Assembly (NCBI GenBank): GCA_030390025.1
Contig: JASTWF010000035.1
Span: forward strand, 2,790,001-2,854,000
Length of the DNA stretch: 64,000 bases
Origin: Squalus acanthias
Taxonomy: Eukaryota
Direction: 5' to 3'
In this document: positions 34,501-49,500 of the stretch, one piece after another
How positions within the stretch are numbered: position 1 is the first letter of the stretch
How the letters are laid out: the number at the start of each line of letters is the position of its first letter
Notes under the pieces: model-generated
The model's database searches: none
What the model saw: only the letters and a program-made list of their open reading frames with translations
Told to the model about the DNA's origin: nothing
Program-made: the position numbers and the translations under genes

Positions 34501-37500
34501 ATCTGTGTTCACACTGCGGTGTGTGGGATAGTCTGATCTGTGTTCACTGCGGTGTGTGGGATAGTCTGATCTGTGTTCACACTGCGGTGTGTGGGATAGT
34601 CTGATCTGTGTTCACACTGCGGTGTGTGGGATAGTCTGATCTGTGTTCACACTGCGGTGTGTGGGATAGTCTGATCTGTGTTCACACTGCGGTGTGTGGG
34701 ATAGTCTGATCTGTGTTCACACTGCGGTGTGTGGGATAGTCTGATCTGTGTTCACACTGCGGTGTGTGGGATAGTCTGATCTGTGTTCACACTGCGGTGT
34801 GTGGGATAGTCTGATCTGTGCTCACACTGCGGTGTGTGGGATAGTCTGATCTGTGTTCACACTGCGGTGTGTGGGATAGTCTGATCTGTGTTCACACTGC
34901 GGTGTGTGGGATAGTCTGATCTGTGTTCACTGCGGTGTGTGGGATAGTCTGATCTGTGCTCACACTGCGGTGTGTGGGATAGTCTGATCTGTGTTCACTG
35001 CGGTGTGTGGGATAGTCTGATCTGTGTTCACTGCGGTGTGTGGGATAGTCTGATCTGTGTTCACACTGCGGTGTGTGGGATAGTCTGATCTGTGTTCACA
35101 CTGCGGTGTGTGGGATAGTCTGATCTGTGTTCACACTGCGGTGTGTGGGATAGTCTGATCTGTGTTCACACTGCGGTGTGTGGATAGTCTGATCTGTGTT
35201 CACTGCGGTGTGTGGGATAGTCTGATCTGTGTTCACACTGCGGTGTGTGGGATAGTCTGATCTGTGTTCACACTGCGGTGTGTGGGATAGTCTGATCTGT
35301 GTTCACACTGCGGTGTGTGGGATAGTCTGATCTGTGTTCACACTGCGGTGTGTGGGATAGTCTGATCTGTGTTCACACTGCGGTGTGTGGGATAGTCTGA
35401 TCTGTGTTCACACTGCGGTGTGTGGGATAGTCTGATCTGTGTTCACACTGCGGTGTGTGGGATAGTCTGATCTGTGTTCACTGCGGTGTGTGGGATAGTC
35501 TGATCTGTGTTCCACTGCGGTGTGTGGGATAGTCTGATCTGTGTTCACACTGCGGTGTGTGGATAGTCTGATCTGTGTTCACATGCGGTGTGTGGATAGT
35601 CTGATCTGTGTTCACACTGCGGTGTGTGGGATAGTCTGATCTGTGTTCACTGCGGTGTGTGGGATAGTCTGATCTGTGTTCACACTGCGGTGTGTGGGAT
35701 AGTCTGATCTGTGCTCACACTGCGGTGTGTGGGATAGTCTGATCTGTGTTCACACTGCGGTGTGTGGGATAGTCTGATCTGTGTCACACTGCGGTGTGTG
35801 GGATAGTCTGATCTGTGTTCACACTGCGGTGTGTGGGATAGTCTGATCTGTGTTCACACTGCGGTGTGTGGGATAGTCTGATCTGTGTCACACTGCGGTG
35901 TGTGGGATAGTCTGATCTGTGTTCACACTGCGGTGTGTGGGATAGTCTGATCTGTGTTCACTGCGGTGTGTGGGATAGTCTGATCTGTGTTCCACTGCGG
36001 TGTGTGGGATAGTCTGATCTGTGTTCACCTGCGGTGTGTGGGATAGTCTGATCTGTGCTCACACTGCGGTGTGTGGGATAGTCTGATCTGTGTTCACTGC
36101 GGTGTGTGGGATAGTCTGATCTGTGTTCACACTGCGGTGTGTGGGATAGTCTAGATCTGTGTTCACACTGCGGTGGTGTGGGATAGTCTGATCTGTGTTC
36201 ACTGCGGTGTGTGGATAGTCTGATCTGTGTTCACACTGCGTGTGTGGATAGTCTGATCTGTGTTCACACTGCGGTGTGTGGGATAGTCTGATCTGTGTTC
36301 ACACTGCGGTGTGGATAGTCCTGACTGGGATACGTCGATCTGATCTGTTCACACTGCGGTGTGTGGGATAGTCTGATCTGTGCTCACACTGCGGTGTGTG
36401 GGATAGTCTGATCTGTGTTCACACTGCGGTGTGTGGATAGTCTGATCTGTGTTCACACTGCGGTGTGTGGGATAGTCTGATCTTGTGTTCACACTGCGGT
36501 GTGTGGGATAGTCTGATCTGTGTCACACTGCGGTGTGTGGGATAGTCTGATCTGTGTTCACAGCGCGTGTGTGGAAAGTCTGATCTGTGTTCACACTGCG
36601 GTGTGTGGGATAGTCTGATCTGTGTTCCACACTGCGGTGTGTGGGATAGTCTGATCTGTGCTCACACTGCGGTGTGTGGGATAGTCTGATCTGTGTCTCA
36701 CACTGCGGTGTGTGGGATAGTCTGATCTGTGTTCACACTGCGGTGTGTGGGATAGTCTGATCTGTGTTCACACTGCGGTGTGTGGGATAGTCTGATCTGT
36801 GTTCACACTGCGGTGTGTGGGATAGTCTGATCTGTGTTCACACTGCGGTGTGTGGGATAGTCTGATCTGTGTTCACACTGCGGTGTGTGGGATAGTCTGA
36901 TCTGTGTTCACACTGCGGTGTGTGGGATAGTCTGATCTGTGTTCACTGCGGTGTGTGGGATAGTCTGATCTGTGTTCACACTGCGGTGTGTGGGATAGTC
37001 TGATCTGTGTTCACACTGCGGTGTGTGGGATAGTCTGATCTGTGTTCACACTGCGGTGTGTGGGATAGTCTGATCTGTGTTCACACTGCGGTGTGTGGGA
37101 TAGTCTGATCTGTGTTCACTGCGGTGTGTGGGATAGTCTGATCTGTGTTCACACTGCGGTGTGTGGGATAGTCTGATCTGTGTTCACACTGCGGTGTGTG
37201 GGATAGTCTGATCTGTGTTCACACTGCGGTGTGTGGGATAGTCTGATCTGTGTTCACACTGCGGTGTGTGGGATAGTCTGATCTGTGTTCACACTGCGGT
37301 GTGTGGGATAGTCTGATCTGTGTTCACACTGCGGTGTGTGGGATAGTCTGATCTGTGTTCACTGCGGTGTGTGGGATAGTCTGATCTGTGCTCACACTGC
37401 GGTGTGTGGGATAGTCTGATCTGTGTTCACACTGCGGTGTGTGGGATAGTCTGATCTGTGTTCACACTGCGGTGTGTGGGATAGTCTGATCTGTGTTCAC

Positions 37501-40500
37501 ACTGCGGTGTGTGGGATAGTCTGATCTGTGTTCACACTGCGGTGTGTGGGATAGTCTGATCTGTGTTCACACTGCGGTGTGTGGGATAGTCTGATCTGTG
37601 TTCACACTGCGGTGTGTGGGATAGTCTGATCTGTGTTCACACTGCGGTGTGTGGGATAGTCTGATCTGTGTTCACACTGCGGTGTGTGGGATAGTCTGAT
37701 CTGTGTTCACACTGCGGTGTGTGGGATAGTCTGATCTGTGTTCACACTGCGGTGTGTGGGATAGTCTGATCTGTGTTCACACTGCGGTGTGTGGGATAGT
37801 CTGATCTGTGTTCACTGCGGTGTGTGGGATAGTCTGATCTGTGTTCCACTCGCGTGTGTGATAGACTGATCTGTGTTCCCGGTGGGATAGTCTGATCTGT
37901 GTTCACTGCGGTGTGTGGATAGTCTGATCTGTGTTCACACTGCGGTGTGTGGGATAGTCTGATCTGTGTTCACACTGCGGTCTGTGTGGGATAGTCTGAT
38001 CTGTGTTCACACTGCGGTGTGTGGGATAGTCTGATCTGTGTTCACACTGCGGTGTGTGGAATAGTCTGATCTGTGTTCACTGCGGTGTGTGGGATAGTCT
38101 GATCTGTGTTCACACTGCGGTGTGTGGGATAGTCTGATCTGTGTCACACTGCGTGTGTGGGAATAGTCTGATCTGTGTTCACACTGCGGTGTGTGGGATA
38201 GTCTGATCTGTGCTCACACTGCGGTGTGTGGGATAGTCTGATCTGTGCTCACACTGCGGTGTGTGGGATAGTTGATCTGTGTTCACACTGCGGTGTGTGG
38301 GATAGTCTGATCTGTGCTCACACTGCGGTGTGGCTGTCTGATCTGTGATCAATGTCTGATCTGCTGGTTCACACTGCGGTGTGTGGGATAGTCTGATCTG
38401 TGTTCACCTGCGGTGTGTGGGATAGTCTGATCTGTGTCACACACTGCGGTGTGTGGGATAGTCTGATCTGTGCTCACACTGCGTGTGTGGGATTAGTATG
38501 ATCTGTGTTCACTGCTGTGTGTGGGATAGTCTGATCTGTGTTCACACTGCGGTGTGTGGGATAGTCTGATCTCTGCTCACACTGCGGTGTGTGGGATAGT
38601 CTGATCTGTGTTCACTGCGGTGTGTGGGATAGTCTGATCTGTGTTCACACTGCGGTGTGTGGGATAGTCTGATCTGTGTCTCAATGCGGTGTGTGGGATA
38701 GTCTGATCTGTGTTCACTGCGCGTGTGTGGGATAGTCTGATCTGTGTTCGATGCTGTCGTCGTGGGATAGTCTGATCTGTGTCTCACACTGCGGTGTGTG
38801 GGATAGTCTGATCTGTGTTCACTGCGGTGTGTGGGATAGTCTGATCTGTGTTCACACTGCGGTGTGTGGGAATAGTATGATCTGTGTTCACACTGCGTGT
38901 GTGGATTAGTTGATCTGTGTTCACACTGCGGTGTGTGGGATAGTCTGATCTGTGTTCACACTGCGGTGTGTGGGATAGTCTGATCTGTGTTCACTGCGGT
39001 GTGTGGAATAGTCTGATCTGTGTTCACACTGCGGTGTGTGGGATAGTCTGATCTGTGTTCACTGCGGTGTGTGGAATAGTCTGATCTGTGTTCACACTGC
39101 GGTGTGTGGGATAGTCTGATCTGTGCTCACACTGCGGTGTGTGGGATAGTCTGATCTGTGTTCACACTGCGGTGTGTGGGATAGTCTGATCTGTGTTCAC
39201 ACTGCGGTGTGTGGGATAGTCTGATCTGTGTTCACACTGCGGTGTGTGGGATAGTCTGATCTGTGTTCACTGCGGTGTGGGATAGTCTGATCTGTGTTCA
39301 CACTGCGGTGTGTGGGATAGTCTGATCTGTGTTCACTGCGGTGTGTGGGATAGTCTGATCTGTGTCACACTGCGGTGTGTGGATAGTCTGATCTGTGTCA
39401 CACTGCGGTGTGTGGGATAGTCTGATCTGTGTTCACACTGCGGTGTGTGGGATAGTCTGATCTGTGTTCACACTGCGGTGTGTGGGATAGTCTGATCTGT
39501 GTTCACACTGCGGTGTGTGGGATAGTCTGATCTGTGTTCACACTGCGGTGTGTGGGATAGTCTGATCTGTGTTCACACTGCGGTGTGTGGATAGTCTGAT
39601 CTGTGTTCACTGCGGTGTGTGGGATAGTCTGATCTGTGTTCACACTGCGGTGTGTGGGATAGTCTGATCTGTGTTCACACTGCGGTGTGTGGGATAGTCT
39701 GATCTGTGTTCACACTGCGGTGTGTGGGATAGTCTGATCTGTGTTCACACTGCGGTGTGTGGGATAGTCTGATCTGTGTTCACACTGCGGTGTGTGGATA
39801 GTCTGATCTGTGTTCACACTGCGGTGTGTGGATAGTCTGATCTGTGTTCACACTGCGGTGTGTGGGATAGTCTGATCTGTGTTCACACTGCGGTGTGTGG
39901 GATAGTCTGATCTGTGTTCACACTGCGGTGTGTGGATAGTCTGATCTGTGTTCACACTGCGGTGTGTGGGATAGTCTGATCTGTGTTCACACTGCGGTGT
40001 GTGGGATAGTCTGATCTGTGTTCACACTGCGGTGTGTGGGATAGTCTGATCTGTGTTCACACTGCGGTGTGTGGGATAGTCTGATCTGTGTTCACACTGC
40101 GGTGTGTGGGATAGTCTGATCTGTGTTCACTGTGTGTGGGATAGTCTGATCTGTGTTCACACTGCGGTGTGTGGGATAGTCTGATCTGTGTCACACTGCG
40201 GTGTGTGGGATAGTCTGATCTGTGTTCACACTGCGGTGTGTGGGATAGTCTGATCTGTGCTCACACTGCGGTGTGTGGGATAGTCTGATCTGTGTTCACA
40301 CTGCGGTGTGTGGGATAGTCTGATCTGTGTTCACTGCGGTGTGTGGGATAGTCTGATCTGTGTTCACACTGCGGTGTGTGGGATAGTCTGATCTGTGTTC
40401 ACACTGCGGTGTGTGGGATAGTCTGATCTGTGTTCACACTGCGGTGTGTGGGATAGTCTGATCTGTGTTCACACTGCGGTGTGTGGGATAGTCTGATCTG

Positions 40501-43500
40501 TGTTCACACTGCGGTGTGTGGGATAGTCTGATCTGTGTTCACACTGCGGTGTGTGGGATAGTCTGATCTGTGTTCACACTGCGGTGTGTGGGATAGTCTG
40601 ATCTGTGTTCACTGCGGTGTGTGGGATAGTCTGATCTGTGTTCACACTGCGGTGTGTGGGATAGTCTGATCTGTGTTCACACTGCGGTGTGTGGGATAGT
40701 CTGATCTGTGTTCACACTGCGGTGTGTGGGATAGTCTGATCTGTGTTCACACTGCGGTGTGTGGGATAGTCTGATCTGTGTTCACACTGCGGTGTGTGGG
40801 ATAGTCTGATCTGTGCTCACACTGCGCTGTGTGGGATAGTCTGATCTGTGTTCACACTGCGTGTGTGGGATAGTCTGATCTGTGTTCACACTGCGTGGTG
40901 TGGGATAGTCTGATCTGTGCTCACACTGCGGTGTGTGGGATAGTCTGATCTGTGCTCACACTGCGCTGTGTGGGATAGTCTGATCTGTGTTCACACTGCG
41001 GTGTGTGGATAGCTGATCTTGTTCACACTGCGGTGTGTGGGATAGTCTGATCTGTGTTCACACTGCGGTGTGTGGGATAGTCTGATCTGTGTTACACTGC
41101 GGTGTGTGGGATAGTCTGATCTGTGCTCACACTGCGGTGTGTGGGATAGTCTGATCTGTGTTCACACTGCGGTGTGTGGGATAGTCTGATCTGTGTTCAC
41201 ACTGCGGTGTGTGGGATAGTCTGATCTGTGCTCACACTGCGGTGTGTGGGATAGTCTGATCTGTGTTCACACTGCGGTGTGTGGGATAGTCTGATCTGTG
41301 TTCACTGCGGTGTGTGGGATAGTCTGATCTGTGTTCACACTGCGGTGTGTGGGATAGTCCTGATCTGTGTTCACACTGCGGTGTGTGGGATAGTCTGATC
41401 TGTGTTCACACTGCGGTGTGTGGGATAGTCTGATCTGTGCTCACACTGCGGTGTGTGGGATAGTCTGATCTGTGTTCACTGCGGTGTGTGGGATAGTCTG
41501 ATCTGTGTTCACACTGCGGTGTGTGGGATAGTCTGATCTGTGTTCACACTGCGGTGTGTGGGATAGTCTGATCTGTGTTCACACTGCGGTGTGTGGGATA
41601 GTCTGATCTGTGCTCACACTGCGGTGTGTGGGATAGTCTGATCTGTGTTCACCTGCGGTGTGTGGGATAGTCTGATCTGTGTTCACACTGCGGTGTGTGG
41701 GATAGTCTGATCTGTGCTTCACACTGCGGTGTGTGGGATAGTCTGATCTGTGTTCACACTGCGGTGTGTGGGATAGTCTGATCTGTGTTCACACTGCGGT
41801 GTGTGGGATAGTCTGATCTGTGTTCACCTGCGGTGTGTGGGATAGTCTGATCTGTGTTCACACTGCGGTGTGTGGGATAGTCTGATCTGTGTTCACACTG
41901 CGGTGTGTGGGATAGTCTGATCTGTGTTCACACTGCGGTGTGTGGGATAGTCTGATCTGTGTTCACACTGCGGTGTGTGGGATAGTCTGATCTGTGTTCA
42001 CCTGCGGTGTGTGGGATAGTCTGATCTGTGTTCACACTGCGGTGTGTGGGATAGTCTGATCTGTGTTCACACTGCGGTGTGTGGGATAGTCTGATCTGTG
42101 TTCACACTGCGGTGTGTGGGATAGTCTGATCTGTGTTCACACTGCGGTGTGTGGGATAGTCTGATCTGTGTTCACACTGCGGTGTGTGGGATAGTCTGAT
42201 CTGTGTTCACACTGCGGTGTGTGGGATAGTCTGATCTGTGTTCACACTGCGGTGTGTGGGATAGTCTGATCTGTGTTCACACTGCGGTGTGTGGGATAGT
42301 CTGATCTGTGTTCACACTGCGGTGTGTGGGATAGTCTGATCTGTGTTCACACTGCGGTGTGTGGGATAGTCTGATCTGTGTTCACACTGCGGTGTGTGGG
42401 ATAGTCTGATCTGTGCTCACACTGCGGTGTGTGGGATAGTCTGATCTGTGTTCACACTGCGGTGTGTGGGATAGTCTGATCTGTGTTCACACTGCGGTGT
42501 GTGGGATAGTCTGATCTGTGTTCACACTGCGGTGTGTGGGATAGTCTGATCTGTGTTCACACTGCGGTGTGTGGGATAGTCTGATCTGTGTTCACACTGC
42601 GGTGTGTGGGATAGTCTGATCTGTGTTCACACTGCGGTGTGTGGGATAGTCTGATCTGTGTTCACTGCGGTGTGTGGGATAGTCTGATCTGTGTTCACAC
42701 TGCGGTGTGTGGGATAGTCTGATCTGTGTTCACACTGCGGTGTGTGGGATAGTCTGATCTGTGTCACTGCGGTGTGTGGGATAGTCTGATCTGTGTTCAC
42801 ACTGCGGTGTGTGGGATAGTCTGATCTGTGTTCACTGCGGTGTGTGGGATAGTCTGATCTGTGTTCACACTGCGGTGTGTGGGATAGTCTGATCTGTGTT
42901 CACACTGCGGTGTGTGGGATAGTCTGATCTGTGTTCACACTGCGGTGTGTGGGATAGTCTGATCTGTGTTCACACTGCGGTGTGTGGGATAGTCTGATCT
43001 GTGTTCACACTGCGGTGTGTGGGATAGTCTGATCTGTGTTCACACTGCGGTGTGTGGGATAGTCTGATCTGTGTTCACACTGCGTGTGTGGGATAGTCTG
43101 ATCTGTGTTCACACTGCGTGTGTGGGATAGTCTGATCTGTGTTCACACTGCGGTGTGTGGGATAGTCTGATCTGTGTTCACTGCGGTGTGTGGGATAGTC
43201 TGATCTGTGTTCACACTGCGGTGTGTGGGATAGTCTGATCTGTGTTCACACTGCGGTGTGTGGGATAGTCTGATCTGTGTTCACACTGCGGTGTGTGGGA
43301 TAGTCTGATCTGTGTTCACACTGCGTGTGTGGGATAGTCTGATCTGTGTTCACTGCGGGTGTGGGATAGTCTGATCTGTGTCACTGCGGTGTGTGGATAG
43401 TCTGATCTGTGTTCACACTGCGGTGTGTGGATAGTCTGATCTGTGCTCACACTGCGGTGTGTGGGATAGTCTGATCTGTGCTCACACTGCGTGTGTGGAT

Positions 43501-46500
43501 AGTCTGATCTGTGTCACTGCGGTGGTGGATAGTCTGATCTGTGTTCACACTGCGGTGTGTGGGATAGTCTGATCTGTGTCTCACTGCGGTGTGTGGATAG
43601 TCTGAATCTGTGTTCACTGCGTGTGTGGATAGTCTGATCTGTGCTCACTGCGGTGTGTGGGATAGTCTGATCTGTGTTCACACTGCGGTGTGTGGGATAG
43701 TCTGATCTGTGCTCACACTGCGGTGTGTGGGATAGTCTGATCTGTGTTCACACTGCGGTGTGTGGGATAGTCTGATCTGTGTTCACACTGCGGTGTGGGA
43801 TAGTCTGATCTGTTCACACCGCGGTGTGTGGGATAGTCTGATCTGTGTTCACTGCGGTGTGTGGAATAGTCTGATCTGTGTTCACACTGCGGTGTGTGGG
43901 ATAGTCTGATCTGTGTTCACACTGCGGTGTGTGGGATAGTCTGATCTGTGTTCACACTGCGGTGTGTGGGATAGTCTGATCTGTGCTCACACTGCGGTGT
44001 GTGGGATAGTCTGATCTGTGTTCACACTGCGGTGTGTGGGATAGTCTGATCTGTGTTCACACTGCGGTGTGTGGGATAGTCTGATCTGTGTTCACACTGC
44101 GGTGTGTGGGATAGTCTGATCTGTGTTCACTGCGGTGTGTGGGATAGTCTGATCTGTGCTCACACTGCGGTGTGTGGGATAGTCTGATCTGTGTTCACAC
44201 TGCGGTGTGTGGGATAGTCTGATCTGTGTTCACACTGCGGTGTGTGGGATAGTCTGATCTGTGCTCACACTGCGGTGTGTGGGATAGTCTGATCTGTGTT
44301 CACACTGCGGTGTGTGGGATAGTCTGATCTGTGTTCACACTGCGGTGTGTGGGATAGTCTGATCTGTGTTCACTGCGGTGTGTGGGATAGTCTGATCTGT
44401 GTTCACACTGCGGTGTGTGGGATAGTCTGATCTGTGTTCACACTGCGGTGTGTGGGATAGTCTGATCTGTGTTCACTGCGGTGTGTGGGATAGTCTGATC
44501 TGTGTTCACTGCGGTGTGTGGGATAGTCTGATCTGTGTTCACACTGCGGTGTGTGGGATAGTCTGATCTGTGTTCACTGCGGTGTGTGGGATAGTCTGAT
44601 CTGTGTTCACTGCGGTGTGTGGGATAGTCTGATCTGTGTCACACTGCGGTGTGTGGGATAGTCTGATCTGTGTTCACACTGCGGTGTGTGGGATAGTCTG
44701 ATCTGTGTTCACACTGCGGTGTGTGGGATAGTCTGATCTGTGTTCACACTGCGGTGTGTGGGATAGTCTGATCTGTGCTCACACTGTGTGTGGGATAGTC
44801 TGATCTGTGCTCACTGTGTGTGGGATAGTCTGATCTGTGTTCACACTGCGGTGTGTGGGATAGTCTGATCTGTGCTCACACTGCGGTGTGTGGGATAGTC
44901 TGATCTGTGTTCACTGCGGTGTGTGGATAGTCTGATCTGTGTTCACACTGCGGTGTGTGGGATAGTCTGATCTGTGTCACACTGCGGTGTGTGGGATAGT
45001 CTGATCTGTGTTCACACTGCGGTGTGTGGGATAGTCTGATCTGTGTTCACTGCGGTGTGTGGGATAGTCTGATCTGTGTTCACTGCGGTGTGTGGGATAG
45101 TCTGATCTGTGTCACACTGCGGTGTGTGGGATAGTCTGATCTGTGTTCACACTGCGGTGTGTGGGATAGTCTGATCTGTGTTCACACTGCGGTGTGTGGG
45201 ATAGTCTGATCTGTGTTCACTGCGGTGTGTGGGATAGTCTGATCTGTGTTCACTGCGGTGTGTGGGATAGTCTGATCTGTGTTCACTGCGGTGTGTGGGA
45301 TAGTCTGATCTGTGTTCACACTGCGGTGTGTGGGATAGTCTGATCTGTGTTCACACTGCGGTGTGTGGGATAGTCTGATCTGTGTTCACACTGCGGTGTG
45401 TGGGATAGTCTGATCTGTGTTCACACTGCGGTGTGTGGGATAGTCTGATCTGTGTTCACACTGCGGTGTGTGGGATAGTCTGATCTGTGTTCACACTGCG
45501 GTGTGTGGGATAGTCTGATCTGTGTTCACACTGCGGTGTGTGGGATAGTCTGATCTGTGTTCACACTGCGGTGTGTGGGATAGTCTGATCTGTGTTCACA
45601 CTGCGGTGTGTGGGATAGTCTGATCTGTGTTCACACTGCGGTGTGTGGATAGTCTGATCTGTGTTCACACTGCGGTGTGTGGGATAGTCTGATCTGTGTT
45701 CACACTGCGGTGTGTGGGATAGTCTGATCTGTGTTCACACTGCGTGTGTGGGATAGTCTGATCTGTGTTCACACTGCGGTGTGTGGATAGTCTGATCTGT
45801 GTTCACACTGCGGGTGTGGGATAGTCTGATCTGTGTTCATAATGCGGTTGTGTGGGATAGTCTGATCTGTGTTCACTCTGCCGGTGTGTGGGATAGTCTG
45901 ATCTGTGTTCACACTGCGGTGTGTGGATAGTCTGATCTGTGTTCACACTGCGGTGTGTGGGATAGTCTGATCTGTTTCACACTGCGGTGTGTGGGATAGT
46001 CTGATCTGTGTTCACACTGCGGTGTGTGGGATAGTCTGATCTGTGTTCACACTGCGGTGTGTGGGATAGTCTGATCTGTGTTCACACTGCGGGGTGTGGA
46101 TAGTCTGATCTGTGCTCAACACTGCGGTGTGTGGGATAGTCTGATCTGTGCTCACAACTGCGTGTGTGGGATAGTCTGATCTGTGTTCACACTGCGGTGT
46201 GTGGGATAGTCTGATCTGTGCTCACACTGCGGTGTGTGGGATAGTCTGATCTGTGTTCACTGCGGTGTGTGGGATAGTCTGATCTGTGTCACACTGCGGT
46301 GTGTGGGATAGTCTGATCTGTGTTCACACTGCGGTGTGTGGGATAGTCTGATCTGTGTTCACACTGCGGTGTGTGGGATAGTCTGATCTGTGTTCACTGC
46401 GGTGTGTGGGATAGTCTGATCTGTGCTCACACTGCGGTGTGTGGGATAGTCTGATCTGTGTTCACTGCGGTGTGTGGGATAGTCTGATCTGTGTTCACAC

Positions 46501-49500
46501 TGCGGTGTGTGGGATAGTCTGATCTGTGTTCACACTGCGGTGTGTGGGATAGTCTGATCTGTGTTCACACTGCGGTGTGTGGGATAGTCTGATCTGTGTT
46601 CACACTGCGGTGTGTGGGATAGTCTGATCTGTGTTCACACTGCGGTGTGTGGAATAGTCTGATCTGTGTTCACACTGCGGTGTGTGGGATAGTCTGATCT
46701 GTGTTCACACTGCGGTGTGTGGGATAGTCTGATCTCTGCTCACACTGCGGTGTGTGGGATAGTCTGATCTGTGTTCACACTGCGGTGTGTGGGATAGTCT
46801 GATCTGTGTTCACACTGCGGTGTGTGGGATAGTCTGATCTGTGTTCACACTGCGGTGTGTGGGATAGTCTGATCTGTGTTCACTGCGGTGTGTGGGATAG
46901 TCTGATCTGTGTTCACACTGCGGTGTGTGGGATAGTCTGATCTGTGTTCACTGCGGTGTGTGGGATAGTCTGATCTGTGTTCACACTGCGGTGTGTGGGA
47001 TAGTCTGATCTGTGTTCACACTGCGGTGTGTGGGATAGTCTGATCTGTGTTCACACTGCGGTGTGTGGGATAGTCTGATCTGTGTTCACACTGCGGTGTG
47101 TGGGATAGTCTGATCTGTGTTCACTGCGGTGTGTGGGATAGTCTGATCTGTGTTCACACTGCGGTGTGTGGGATAGTCTGATCTGTGTTCACACTGCGGT
47201 GTGTGGGATAGTCTGATCTGTGTTCACACTGCGGTGTGTGGGATAGTCTGATCTGTGTTCACACTGCGGTGTGTGGGATAGTCTGATCTGTGTTCCACTG
47301 CGGTGTGTGGGATAGTCTGATCTGTGTTCACTGCGGTGTGTGGGATAGTCTGATCTGTGTTCACACTGCGGTGTGTGGGATAGTCTGATCTGTGTTCACA
47401 CTGCGGTGTGTGGGATAGTCTGATCTGTGTTCACTGCGGTGTGTGGGATAGTCTGATCTGTGTTCACACTGCGGTGTGTGGGATAGTCTGATCTGTGTTC
47501 ACACTGCGGTGTGTGGGATAGTCTGATCTGTGCTCACACTGCGGTGTGTGGGATAGTCTGATCTGTGTTCACACTGCGGTGTGTGGGATAGTCTGATCTG
47601 TGTTCACACTGCGGTGTGTGGGATAGTCTGATCTGTGTTCACACTGCGGTGTGTGGGATAGTCTGATCTGTGTTCACACTGCGGTGTGTGGGATAGTCTG
47701 ATCTGTGTTCACACTGCGGTGTGTGGGATAGTCTGATCTGTGTTCACACTGCGGTGTGTGGGATAGTCTGATCTGTGTTCACACTGCGGTGTGTGGGATA
47801 GTCTGATCTGTGTTCACACTGCGGTGTGTGGGATAGTCTGATCTGTGTTCACTGCGGTGTGTGGGATAGTCTGATCTGTGTTCACTGCGGTGTGTGGGAT
47901 AGTCTGATCTGTGTTCACACTGCGGTGTGTGGATAGTCTGATCTGTGTTCACTGCGGTGTGTGGGATAGTCTGATCTGTGTTCACACTGCGGTGTGTGGA
48001 TAGTCTGATCTGTGCTCACACTGCGGTGTGTGGGATAGTCTGATCTGTGTTCACACTGCGGTGTGTGGGATAGTCTGATCTGTGTTCACACTGCGGTGTG
48101 TGGGATAGTCTGATCTGTGTTCACACTGCGGTGTGTGGGATAGTCTGATCTGTGTTCACACTGCGGTGTGTGGGATAGTCTGATCTGTGCTCACACTGCG
48201 GTGTGTGGGATAGTCTGATCTGTGTCACACTGCGGTGTGTGGGATAGTCTGATCTGTGTTCACACTGCGGTGTGTGGGATAGTCTGATCTGTGTTCACAC
48301 TGCGGTGTGTGGATAGTCTGATCTGTGTCACACTGCGGTGTGTGGATAGTCCTGATCTGTGTTCACTGCGGTGTGTGGGATAGTCTGATCTGTGTTCACA
48401 CTGCGGTGTGTGGGATAGTCTGATCTGTGTTCACACTGCGGTGTGTGGGATAGTCTGATCTGTGTTCACACTGCGGTGTGTGGGATAGTCTGATCTGTGT
48501 TCACACTGCGGTGTGTGGATAGTCTGATCTGTGTTCACACTGCGGTGTGTGGGATAGTCTGATCTGTGTTCACACTGCGGTGTGTGGGATAGTCTGATCT
48601 GTGCTCTCACTGCGGTGTGTGGGATAGTCTGATCTGTGTTCACACTGCGGTGTGTGGGATAGTCTGATCTGTGTTCACACTGCGGTGTGTGGGATAGTCT
48701 GATCTGTGTTACACTGCGGTGTGTGGGATAGTCTGATCTGTGTTCACACTGCGGTGTGTGGGATAGTCTGATCTGTGTTCACACTGCGGAGTGTGGGATA
48801 GTCTGATCTGTGTTCACACTGCGGTGTGTGGGATAGTCTGATCTGTGTTCACACTGCGGTGTGTGGGATAGTCTGATCTGTGTTCACACTGCGGTGTGTG
48901 GGATAGTCTGATCTGTGTTCACACTGCGGTGTGTGGGATAGTCTGATCTGTGCTCACACTGCGGTGTGTGGGATAGTCTGATCTGTGTTCACACTGCGGT
49001 GTGTGGGATAGTCTGATCTGTGTTCACACTGCGGTGTGTGGGATAGTCTGATCTGTGTTCACACTGCGGTGTGTGGGATAGTCTGGTCTGTGTTCACACT
49101 GCGGTGTGTGGAATAGTCTGATCTGTGTTCCACTGCGTGTGTGGGATAGTCTGATCTGTGTTCACATGCGGTGTGTGGGATAGTCTGATCTGTGTTCACA
49201 CTGCGGGTGTGGGATATTCTGATCTGTGTTCACACTGCGGGTGTGGGATAGTCTGATCTGTGCTCACACTGCGGTGTGTGGATAGTCTGATCTGTGTTAC
49301 ACTGCGGTGTGTGGGGATAGTCTGATCTGTGTCACACTGCGGTGTTGGGATAGTCTGATCTGTGTACACTGCGGTGTGTGGGATAGTCTGATCTGTGCTC
49401 ACACTGCGGTGTGTGGGATAGTCTGATCTGTGTCTCACTGCGGTGTGTGGGATAGTCTGATCTGTGTTCACACTGCGGTGTGTGGATAGTCTGATCTGTG

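Noticed and set aside
31722..49471. Short minus-strand ORFs (HRSDYPT/QCEH repeats, superficially zinc-finger-like)
   Set aside because: Translations of the satellite opened by indels; no C2H2 spacing.
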